Below, in pieces: positions 9,514 to 17,882 of a DNA stretch of 27,907 nucleotides. The translations under genes were made by a program, and so were the position numbers. Positions within the stretch are counted from its first letter, which is position 1. Every line of letters begins with the position of its first letter. A model generated the notes under the pieces. That model did no database searches and had not been told where the DNA came from. It was given only the letters and a program-made list of their open reading frames with translations. This DNA comes from Bacteroidales bacterium (GTDB taxonomy: Bacteria > Bacteroidota > Bacteroidia > Bacteroidales > VadinHA17): positions 1-27,907 of the forward strand of contig JAITVX010000160.1 in the NCBI GenBank assembly GCA_031285575.1, in the 5' to 3' direction.

Positions 9514-10863
9514 TTAATCTTCAAGTTCTGAAAACAGGTATCTGAACTTGCCCGATGTATCGTTTGGCAGTTTATCATACAGTTCAATTACTACATTGTT
9601 GGCAAAATGCAGTAATGCGCTTTGAATATGATGTATTATTCTTTCCGGTATCTGTATTTTTGTTTTCTCGAGGCGGCAAACAAAATCACCTTTAGTTTTT
9701 TGATAAATCTGAAAGCGTGTAAAGTATTCAAAATTATCGTAACCGAGCTCGTGGAACAGGTTTGTGAAGAAGATTCCGTTAACAGGGCTTCCGCTTTTCA
9801 GGTAAATAAGGTCATGGGTGCGCCCCGATATTGACGTGAGAAGTTCCGACGTTCTGCCGCAGCTGCATTTCTGCGAGCTTTTTACTGCACTATCACCATT
9901 TTCGTAACGTATAAAAGGCATTGCGTAGTTATCCAAATCGGTTACAACCACGCGGCCTGCCGTGTCGTATATATTTCGGCCTGCTTCGTCCACAATTTCC
10001 ATTAAACAGTGTTCTTCCGATATGTGAAGACCGTTATGCGCCGCACATTCAAACGCCATGCCGCTGCACTCGCCGCAACCGTACTGGTCGTATGTTTCCA
10101 CTCCGAAAACATGCCTTATGTATATTCTGTATGGCGGCAAAAGCGTTTCTGTCGTGCTCAATACGGCTTTAAGCGAAGGTAATGTCAAATTGTTTTCTTC
10201 AAAATATTTCGCAACCTGCAAAATGGCGCTTAAATATCCCCGCAGTAGCACCGGTTTAAACTGCATTATCCTGTCTGCCACCTCCGGCAAAGTTTTTTCG
10301 TTCAAATTGAAACTGCTGATTTCCAATCTGTGTGACAATTTGTTAATTACACGCTCTTTCAGCTTTACATACCGGTTCTCATGAAGCAATGTGGGGTCGC
10401 CCCACAATACAACAGTTTTGTCGGCGTATTTTACCCCCATCCAGCCATGCCAACGCCTGTATGCGCCCCATGTAAAGCCGCGTGTCTGTGCATTTTTATA
10501 CAGTTTCAGCGGCGCTCCTGTTGTTCCGCCGGTTTTTCCCTCCTTTATCCGCCTATCTTTTAAATTAACATTGTCTGCAAGCAACATAGCATTTTTTTTT
10601 CGAACCATATCTTTAGTCGATATCGGTATTTTTTGAATGTCAGACAAATTTCTTATGTCTGAAGGTTTCACACAAACGCTGTCCATCAACTGCGTGTAAT
10701 ACGGAACATGCCCGTAGCTGAACTTTACTAACTTTTGAAGCTTTTCAAGGCGGTATGCTTCCATCTTTTCAACCGTCCATTTTTCCGATTTGTCTAAGAA
10801 ACGCTTGGTTTTAGCAATGCTGGTGCCTCTAATCAAATCATGAATATGCGTAACAAAACTCAT
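9514..10863 (-). CDS. Phenylacetate-CoA ligase-like / CapK-type adenylate-forming enzyme
   Basis: P-loop TGGTTGAPL, YDQYGCGE, TDLDNYAMPFIRYENGD, C-terminal SGKFRY. Confidence 0.88.
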   Translation of the reverse strand: MSFVTHIHDLIRGTSIAKTKRFLDKSEKWTVEKMEAYRLEKLQKLVKFSYGHVPYYTQLMDSVCVKPSDIRNLSDIQKIPISTKDMVRKKNAMLLADNVNLKDRRIKEGKTGGTTGAPLKLYKNAQTRGFTWGAYRRWHGWMGVKYADKTVVLWGDPTLLHENRYVKLKERVINKLSHRLEISSFNLNEKTLPEVADRIMQFKPVLLRGYLSAILQVAKYFEENNLTLPSLKAVLSTTETLLPPYRIYIRHVFGVETYDQYGCGECSGMAFECAAHNGLHISEEHCLMEIVDEAGRNIYDTAGRVVVTDLDNYAMPFIRYENGDSAVKSSQKCSCGRTSELLTSISGRTHDLIYLKSGSPVNGIFFTNLFHELGYDNFEYFTRFQIYQKTKGDFVCRLEKTKIQIPERIIHHIQSALLHFANNVVIELYDKLPNDTSGKFRYLFSELED

Positions 10864-10888
10864 GCTTATATTAATATAAACTAACTGT

Positions 10889-12025
10889 TTAAATATCGAA
10901 ATCGATCATAAAAGATTTATCTTTCATCGAAACCCACTCCAAAACCTCTTTTGTAAATTCGCCAAACAGAGGCCCGTTAAGCATCTGGTAGAAATTAATT
11001 TCGTTATTAACATTATTAACTTCTATCAGTTTTACTTCACCTTCCGCATCAACGCACATATCAAACCCAAGAAGCCGCGAATATGCAAACTCTTTTGCTA
11101 TTCTTTTTGCAGTTTTTTTCATACTTTCAAATCCTGGAAGCCTTAAATCCTCTTCAAGTTTTACGCCATTCACTTCGCGGAAGCTGCTTCCTGCCTTGTT
11201 TACAGCCTTTCCTGTAAGGCATCCGTCATCTGTTACACCGCATGCAAACCCTCCTGACGCCTGATTATCGGTTACACTCCCCGCACGGCCTGCACGCAAA
11301 ACGCTGTGAAGCACATGCACCTGCTCATCGGCTACCGAGCGGTATGTAAAAATTCTTACCGTATTAAGCGACGTTGCATTAAAACATGCGTAAAACTCAT
11401 GCTGTTTGATTACCTTCTGTACCGTAAAATTTTTCCTGTAATTACGGAACAACTCCTCTGTTTTTACAGCACAGCCCTCTTTATCTGAAAAAACATCGCC
11501 CACACGGCGATAAAGGCGAACGGCTTTCCCCCCACCCGAATCAACCGACGGTTTAATTATAAAACTTTCGGCCTGCTCAACAGTTCTGCACGCTTCATTT
11601 AAATCAATTGCCGCATTTTTGCTGTTATAAAAAACGCCATTTATGTTCTTTACAAATGTTTCAGGCAACAATGCACTGTCAATTGTTTTCCAGTAGAAAT
11701 TTTTGTCGTTATATGCCTTTGCAAACGCCTTGTTGTTAAGGCACGGCTCAATTATTGAATAGTAAATTCGCTCCGAAACATACCGCCTGTCCCACAATCC
11801 CGAAACGCTTCCGTAAATTTTAAGCCACTTCACGTCAATACCTCTCAAAACCGGCTTCCAAAACTCCCTGTATGCCTGCAATGTTCTTTCAGGAGGATTT
11901 TTTGCAGTTCCCTCCTTCTTCAGTGTTGAAATAATTTTTCTCGCCTTCTTCCTTAAAGTGTATTTAACAAACGAATCATATACAAATACCGTAATTTTTT
12001 TTACTGTCGAAATCATATCAATCAA
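10889..12025 (-). CDS. Sugar-transfer-associated ATP-grasp protein
   Basis: FIIKPSVDSGGGKAV, SLNTVRIFT, LRAG...DNQASGG, GFDMCVD...LIEVN. Confidence 0.8.
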   Translation of the reverse strand: MIDMISTVKKITVFVYDSFVKYTLRKKARKIISTLKKEGTAKNPPERTLQAYREFWKPVLRGIDVKWLKIYGSVSGLWDRRYVSERIYYSIIEPCLNNKAFAKAYNDKNFYWKTIDSALLPETFVKNINGVFYNSKNAAIDLNEACRTVEQAESFIIKPSVDSGGGKAVRLYRRVGDVFSDKEGCAVKTEELFRNYRKNFTVQKVIKQHEFYACFNATSLNTVRIFTYRSVADEQVHVLHSVLRAGRAGSVTDNQASGGFACGVTDDGCLTGKAVNKAGSSFREVNGVKLEEDLRLPGFESMKKTAKRIAKEFAYSRLLGFDMCVDAEGEVKLIEVNNVNNEINFYQMLNGPLFGEFTKEVLEWVSMKDKSFMIDFDI

Positions 12026-13764
12026 TCGGTAACTAATTTTTCTTTAAATCTGTCTAAAAGGAATCCCATTGCAAAAACCAACGGGCCAACACCTTTTCTC
12101 TTTATCAGGTTCTCAGGTTTAACCGGCAATCCCAGCCTTTTAACCGTTAAAAATGATTTTGAAAACACCTCAAAACGACACATAAAGGTCTCCCACAGGC
12201 TTATATCCTGTGGAAATACAAACTCTTTAATTCTGTTCGATAACCTGCACGGGATGAAGTTATTCAATACTGTAGCCGAAACAATCCTGCCCAGTGGCTC
12301 GCCGTCGCCAAGCCTGAAACTGTAACTCGCAGGCGCATCCATCAGCTCCGGAGCTACATACTTTATGAGCTCTGCCTCGTAATCCATCGACCAGCCGAGA
12401 AATTTTGCCGCATTTATGGCTGCTGCCGAAACTTCGCGGTCTGCAAACGGATACAGAAAAAACGAAAGTCTGTTTTCGTAGCTTCCACGCAACCCCCTGT
12501 TGGCCGGGATATAAATATGGTTCATGCATTGCTTAATCGCGGTCATATCCATCTGCTGTTTTACATTCAGCCTCTTCTTGATTTTGTCGGAAATTCTGGC
12601 AACCACACCGTCAATCGTCTTGCTGCCGGCTATATTTTGCCCGCAATGCCTTATAACAAGTTCCAGCCGTATAAATCTGTCCAAACCCGGATAAAAATAC
12701 TTTTCCATATTCCTGTACTGCTCGCCGCCAATTCCACTAAGCCCAAGTTTTTTATCATGCAAAATATTAATCCTGTAACCGGCGGTATTAAACTCCTCGT
12801 GCCAAAAACAGTTTGTTCTCACCTGACCGTCGCAGAACAGCATGCTTCTCGAAAGAATGTTCTCAACAGCTGAATTATCCTCTTCGCAGGTATCATTAAG
12901 CTGCAAATTGACAAAGTTCAGGTTTTTCAACTTACAGAGTTCCTCGCCTGCAATAAAATCCCTGTCAATGTTCTTTCTTTTGTGTGAATGAAACTGTAAC
13001 TTTTCTGCATCAAACTTTCTGAGTGCCATTGCCAGAATAAGCCTGCTGTCGAAACCGCCTGTAATGCCTGCATCAGCTCCATATTCATTTACAATTGCCG
13101 CCATTCCTGCAAAACAGTTATCGAGGGCTTCTATTTGTGCATTTTGACTTTCTTTTCTGTTTTTATATTGAACGGTATTTTGTTCCGGCGCAGCTTCCGT
13201 CGCGAAACGGATTCCGGCAAGGTCTGCCGGCAACTGCGGTTCAAACCTTTTAATCTCTTTGAAGACAGTATCGCTGCCTGTTATTGATCCTGTAAGCAGG
13301 TTTTCAAGTAGTGTATCTCTGTCGGGGCTAAGCTTTCCAAGTCCTTCGGCAATGGCCATGAACGAAGAGGATATTATCGTGGCGTCAGCGGTGTGGTAAA
13401 TACTGTAAATACCCGATGCGTCTGTCTTAAACAACAGCCTGCCTTCGTTTTGGAAAAGCATAAAATACTGTCCCGATATTGCAGGTATTTCATTATTATC
13501 GCATAGCTTTCTGAAAACATAATCGAGCGAATCGGCATAACTCTTGCCATGAATATACGGGGTGCCGGTTGCAAACAGTGATGCTTTATCTGATATCCTG
13601 AAGTTACCGGCATCAACAAGCGCTTTCCTGAAAAGAAAAAGGCGCCACCCGTCCGGCAAATCGAACTCCGAAGGCTCTGCCATGCACTGCTGTTTAATAA
13701 CATCAATGGCCTTCCCTTCGTTAAAGTCAGTGCTGTTTTTCGATACCAGCAGAAATGCTCCCAT
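12022..13764 (-). CDS. Asparagine synthetase-like protein (PP-loop amidoligase with a degenerate N-terminal Ntn domain)
   Basis: TDASGIYSIY (TD..G.. motif), GITGGFDSRLILA PP-loop, LSGIGGEQYR. The N-terminus MGAFLL lacks the catalytic Cys2. Confidence 0.75.
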   Translation of the reverse strand: MGAFLLVSKNSTDFNEGKAIDVIKQQCMAEPSEFDLPDGWRLFLFRKALVDAGNFRISDKASLFATGTPYIHGKSYADSLDYVFRKLCDNNEIPAISGQYFMLFQNEGRLLFKTDASGIYSIYHTADATIISSSFMAIAEGLGKLSPDRDTLLENLLTGSITGSDTVFKEIKRFEPQLPADLAGIRFATEAAPEQNTVQYKNRKESQNAQIEALDNCFAGMAAIVNEYGADAGITGGFDSRLILAMALRKFDAEKLQFHSHKRKNIDRDFIAGEELCKLKNLNFVNLQLNDTCEEDNSAVENILSRSMLFCDGQVRTNCFWHEEFNTAGYRINILHDKKLGLSGIGGEQYRNMEKYFYPGLDRFIRLELVIRHCGQNIAGSKTIDGVVARISDKIKKRLNVKQQMDMTAIKQCMNHIYIPANRGLRGSYENRLSFFLYPFADREVSAAAINAAKFLGWSMDYEAELIKYVAPELMDAPASYSFRLGDGEPLGRIVSATVLNNFIPCRLSNRIKEFVFPQDISLWETFMCRFEVFSKSFLTVKRLGLPVKPENLIKRKGVGPLVFAMGFLLDRFKEKLVTD

Positions 13765-15040
13765 TAATTCTTTCCCTTTTTATATTCAGTATTATGTTTC
13801 TTAAAACGCCTGTAATGCCTCCAAGGTATAAAAATACGAGGCACCGCTCGCCGATTGTTCCGGAGCCTGTTACTGATACTGCAAAGTAGCTAATCAATAT
13901 TGCAAAATAAACTGCAAATAAATCTTTTATAACCGGCAATCGTCTTAATACCGTATAATATCTTACACCTTCACGGAACAGACCTGCATAAATTAATATG
14001 TACATAATAATCCCGACAAGTCCTGAACCATAAAAAAACATTGTAATGTCACCGTGAATCATTCTTCCTCTGTCAAAATACTTAATGCCGAATGTTGCTG
14101 CGGTATTAAATATCTCCTCTCCAAAAAGTTTCTGTACAGTATCTGATTCTTTAAATTCATCCAGGGCATATAAAAATTCTACTACTCTTCCTTCTCTGTC
14201 AATATTCTCAGTTTGTCTAAGTCTCGACTCGTATCTCGTCATGAATGCATTTTCAAAAAAAGGAAATATCAGATATAAAACAAATATGGATGCTATTATG
14301 TACTTTATGAAGTTTATTCTCGACGACAGAAATAATAAACATACTAAAAGTCCTACAACCAAACCTACTATTGCAGCCCTTTTCATTACCATAAATATTA
14401 AAAATACGGATATAATGCCTATAAAATAAATTATATACCACATTATCTTCGGCAGTATGTCCTTTTTTGTTTTTAACAGAAACGGATATGTAAGCAGAAT
14501 AATTGAGAGTTGGTTTGTTATTCCAACTCCGGCTCCTCCGGTATAGAAAGTATCGTCTGCGTAGGCTGAAACACCATAGTTTAGAAATTGAGCAATAATA
14601 AGGTTGCCACAGGTAATAAGAGCACTGAATATAAAAAATATATTCAGCTGCAGAAGCATGTGATAATTTCTTATATAATAAATTCCTATCGAATACATTA
14701 ATAGAGGAATAAGCCATTTAAGATAACCGGAAAAAAAAGACCTTACTATATCTGATGAAAACAGGGTGCATATAAAAATATAGGCAAGGAACAGAATAAT
14801 ATACCGACCTTGCCGGCCTTGTGAAATCCTTTTAAATCCTAAAAGAGCTACAAATAATAACAGTATTATCCCCCTTGTTATACCGGGGTGAAATACTTTC
14901 GCTTCCATAAATGCAAAAAAGTAATAAATTGTTGAATCGGCAATGGCATTTATTATCGGAACTGCAAGAAGAAAGTAAAAAAACTTCCTGTCAACACCGT
15001 TAAACGGGTTATAAATCCTGTTAACAAAATTCAATTTCAT
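13727..15040 (-). CDS. wzy: O-antigen polymerase/ligase-like polytopic membrane protein (Wzy)
   Basis: About 10-12 hydrophobic segments, KRAAIVG motif, periplasmic loop with R...IHGD, AT-rich coding sequence, position inside a wzx/wza/wzc locus. Confidence 0.75.
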   Translation of the reverse strand: MKLNFVNRIYNPFNGVDRKFFYFLLAVPIINAIADSTIYYFFAFMEAKVFHPGITRGIILLLFVALLGFKRISQGRQGRYIILFLAYIFICTLFSSDIVRSFFSGYLKWLIPLLMYSIGIYYIRNYHMLLQLNIFFIFSALITCGNLIIAQFLNYGVSAYADDTFYTGGAGVGITNQLSIILLTYPFLLKTKKDILPKIMWYIIYFIGIISVFLIFMVMKRAAIVGLVVGLLVCLLFLSSRINFIKYIIASIFVLYLIFPFFENAFMTRYESRLRQTENIDREGRVVEFLYALDEFKESDTVQKLFGEEIFNTAATFGIKYFDRGRMIHGDITMFFYGSGLVGIIMYILIYAGLFREGVRYYTVLRRLPVIKDLFAVYFAILISYFAVSVTGSGTIGERCLVFLYLGGITGVLRNIILNIKRERINGSISAGIEKQH

Positions 15041-15144
15041 TTATTCCGGTTTATAGAATAAATTTTGTGCAACGGAGTAAACGACTAAATTACTAATGCA
15101 CTAAAGTGCACAGGTTTGGATAGCGAATGAAATTCGCCAGCTCA

Positions 15145-15250
15145 CGTCATTGCGAAGCAACTTGTTGCTGAAGCAACCGAGTTTACGAGCTCGGCGAAGC
15201 CAATCAATGTTACGTTCTGGATTGCTTCACCCTGCGGGTTCGCAATGACG
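15145..15250. repeat. CGTC-tagged REP-like palindrome with internal sub-hairpins
   Basis: Ends CGTCATTGCGAA...TTCGCAATGACG; inner TGAAGCAA/CAATC versus GGATTGCTTCA. Same family as the 16597 and 25479 cores. Confidence 0.85.
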
Positions 15251-15341
15251 GTAGAGTTTTATAGAAACTAAAGTAGCTGCACTAAAAGTGCAGGGTTTTA
15301 ACCGATAAAGCGATAATAAAAATGTAAAAACTGTTTTAAAA

Positions 15342-16118
15342 TTATTCTTCAGGCTCCGGTGGAGGCGGAATAGTTTCTACTTTCTCTTTTCTGTTGTTTT
15401 TTCGCAGCGTGGTGCGTGTTTTTATCCGCGTGCGATAATAATTGTTAAGTGTGTTTAATTCGTTAACGAGCGGATTATAGTCAACGTCATCATGCTGGTA
15501 TGTACAGTATTCAACGGAATCGAAAAACATGCCAATAGCCTTGCTGCATGAGCTGCGCAGTGCAGAAATATCTATATGCTGTTCGGCGCTTTTATCGGCA
15601 ATATAGTCGCGAAACAGTATTTCGTACTCTTTGTTGGCTGCAAACAGGCGCTCAAGAAGCGGGGCTATGCCTAACGCTGCTGCTGCATTGCGTACAGCGG
15701 TGTTTTCATTATAATCTTTTTCAAGTGCGGTTATTCTTTCACTTTGAGAAGTAATGCTTGCCCCTGCAATGCTTCCGGCGCGGTGCTTTTCAAACATACC
15801 GGAAACTGCTTTATATGCATTTGCAAACATGTCTATCCTAACCGGTTTAAAACATTTTACTATTTTATACGATACTTTTATAAGCGTGTCGCGTTCCCTG
15901 TCTATTTCATTTGCTTTTGCAAGCTTTTCATTTTTGCCAACACTCTTTATCATATTTGCAAGCTGCGGCAAAAATACAGCAAGGTTGCCATAGCTTTTGC
16001 CGAGGTGCATTTCGTTCATGTCATACTTGCCGGCAATAGCAATTGTGCGTTGTGCAGCGTTTGGAAACTCACTGTTCCATAAATCCTTATAGTGTACCCG
16101 TGCAATAGTCTGTTTCAT
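15342..16118 (-). CDS. DUF6261-like (HagB-related) helical protein
   Basis: Motif order NSEF...DRERD...SERITALEKD...LGIAPLLERLFAANKEY...R...Y...LVNELN.LNNYY...R matches my recollection of DUF6261; basic/Pro-rich tail. No HMM search was run. Confidence 0.7.
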   Translation of the reverse strand: MKQTIARVHYKDLWNSEFPNAAQRTIAIAGKYDMNEMHLGKSYGNLAVFLPQLANMIKSVGKNEKLAKANEIDRERDTLIKVSYKIVKCFKPVRIDMFANAYKAVSGMFEKHRAGSIAGASITSQSERITALEKDYNENTAVRNAAAALGIAPLLERLFAANKEYEILFRDYIADKSAEQHIDISALRSSCSKAIGMFFDSVEYCTYQHDDVDYNPLVNELNTLNNYYRTRIKTRTTLRKNNRKEKVETIPPPPEPEE

Positions 16119-16235
16119 ACTGTTTTTATTGTTTTTTTAATAAAAATTATATATAATAACCGGAAAAGCATAACATTATTCTGTATATACATATATTATT
16201 TTATATTTTTATTAATAAATTTATAAAAGTGTGTT

Positions 16236-16540
16236 TTTAATTTCGGGAAACATACTGTTTTTATTTTTAAAGCATTTTCCCAACCGGAAAATTATATTTA
16301 ACTACTGTCAATCCATTTCCCCTTCGGGGAAATAATACTTATTGCTGTTAATCCGTTTTCCCTTCAGGGGAAAATGCTGTTTTATTTAATATAATTAATT
16401 TCCCTTTTGGGGAAATGCTGTTTTTTTAATTAATATTGATTCCCCTTTCGGGGGCAAGGTATTTTATTTTTGAAAGCATATTTCCCCTGCAGGGAAACGA
16501 TGTGATTTTATTTAAACAATTACCTCCCTTTCGGAAAAAA
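16236..16540. repeat. Non-coding array of ~8 palindromic units (consensus ATTTCCCC-TTC-GGGGAAAT) at 41-42 bp period
   Basis: Hairpin centres at about 16243 (degenerate), 16283, 16324, 16365, 16407, 16448, 16489 and 16530, with a possible outlier near 16160. The AT-rich linkers resemble one another. Confidence 0.85.
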
Positions 16541-16561
16541 ACATTCTACATTGCCGTATAT

Positions 16562-16708
16562 TAGACTTTCTTCGTAAAAATATGCAGTATTCAGCATCGT
16601 CATTGCGAACGCAGTGAAGCAATCCAGAAAATGAGTACCACATGGATTGCTTCACTGCGTTCGCAATGACGAACAGGGTATTGAAGTTCTATTTTCCGAA
16701 GAAGTATA
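16562..16708. mobile_element. MITE-like element (copy 1) with ~19-bp TIRs enclosing a 30-bp-arm REP hairpin
   Basis: Ends TAGACTTTCTTCGTAAAAATA / TATTTTCCGAAGAAGTATA; perfect arms 16597-16626 and 16643-16672 around a 16-nt loop; abuts the GT4 stop codon at 16709. Confidence 0.8.
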
Positions 16709-17881
16709 TTATTTGCCACATGTGTTATTGACAATATTTTCTATCAAATCAACCTCATACTCCGTGCGTTCCTGCCAGCTCATAAAATTATCAAGAATAA
16801 ACTGACGGGCGGCTGCGCCTGTGCGTTGCAGAAAGGCACCGTCTGCAAGTGCAGCTGATATTATTTGGGGTAACCTGTTTATTTCATTCTGTTCAACAAG
16901 TATTCCATTTACATTATGCTCAATTAGCTCCGGAGTAGCGCCTTTGTTGAGGGCTATTACTGTTTTACCGCATATCATTGCTTCCAGTACCGGATTACTT
17001 ATACTGCTCAATGCGTTCATGCTTATAAACAGGTCGGCAATTGATATATAGTTATTAATATCGCTGTGTGGCAGTGCTCCTGTAAAGTAAATGTTGCCAG
17101 GAATACCAAGTCTGGTGCAGAGATATTTCAAATTATGTTCTTCAGGACCGTCGCCAACAATTATAAGTTTCACATTACTGTTCAGCGACAGCAGTCCTGG
17201 CATGGCTTTTATAATTAAATCTACCTGCTTCCACTTTGCAAGGCGCGATACTGTCAGTATTATCTGTTCATTATTGGGTGCTATCTGTTTTTTCAGTATT
17301 TCGTCTGTTGTATTGGAGTTCCAGCTTTTATCTATGCCGTTTTTCAGGAAGTGTATTTTGCTGTCTGGAATGCCAAATGACAGTGCCACATTACGGGCAT
17401 TTGTTCCGTCGTCGGTAAGTATGTAAACATCGGCTATGAGGCTGAATGCAAGCCGTGGAAAGAGATATGACGCCTTGAGTTTGAAGGTTGGGCTGTAAAA
17501 AACACCATACATTCGCATTACATAGCGTGTTTTAAAAAGCCGCGAGAGTAAAAAAGCAGGCAGAGCGGTTTCGGCAGTATGTGAATATATAACATGCGGC
17601 CTGGTTTTAATGATTTGACGTATGGCGGCAATGAAAAAACATATAAAGTTTAAAGGAAAAAAAATTACGTGAAGACTTGGATGTGTTTTGCTGTAAAGAG
17701 TTCTGATTCGTTTTATTGTAATTCCATCGAAATTTTCGCTTTTTTGACAGGAATAGTTTGTAATATAGCATACGCTGTGGCCTCTTTGGATAAAACCTTT
17801 GAGCGGAAGATACGTTGACAGGCGTCCTTTGCCCGGGCTAATGTCCCACATTCCGAGAGTTGAAAGATGAAGCGTATTCAT
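16709..17881 (-). CDS. Glycosyltransferase family 4
   Basis: RPHVIYSH, LKNGID, VSRLAKWKQVD, IVGDGPE, NPVLEAMICGK...NGILV. Confidence 0.88.
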   Translation of the reverse strand: MNTLHLSTLGMWDISPGKGRLSTYLPLKGFIQRGHSVCYITNYSCQKSENFDGITIKRIRTLYSKTHPSLHVIFFPLNFICFFIAAIRQIIKTRPHVIYSHTAETALPAFLLSRLFKTRYVMRMYGVFYSPTFKLKASYLFPRLAFSLIADVYILTDDGTNARNVALSFGIPDSKIHFLKNGIDKSWNSNTTDEILKKQIAPNNEQIILTVSRLAKWKQVDLIIKAMPGLLSLNSNVKLIIVGDGPEEHNLKYLCTRLGIPGNIYFTGALPHSDINNYISIADLFISMNALSSISNPVLEAMICGKTVIALNKGATPELIEHNVNGILVEQNEINRLPQIISAALADGAFLQRTGAAARQFILDNFMSWQERTEYEVDLIENIVNNTCGK

Positions 17882-17882
17882 A

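Noticed and set aside
10592-10600. Homopolymer tracts (9 T here; 8-mers at 2929, 3236 and 14731) as phase-variation switches
   Set aside because: They are short A/T runs expected in AT-rich genes, and all reading frames are intact.
16236-16540. CRISPR array
   Set aside because: Repeats are short (about 19 bp) and degenerate, linkers are about 22 bp and similar to each other, and no cas gene is in the window.
16119-16560. Protein with 14-aa repeats encoded by the array
   Set aside because: The period is mostly 41 bp, so the frame is not preserved, and the ORF track shows no ORF here.
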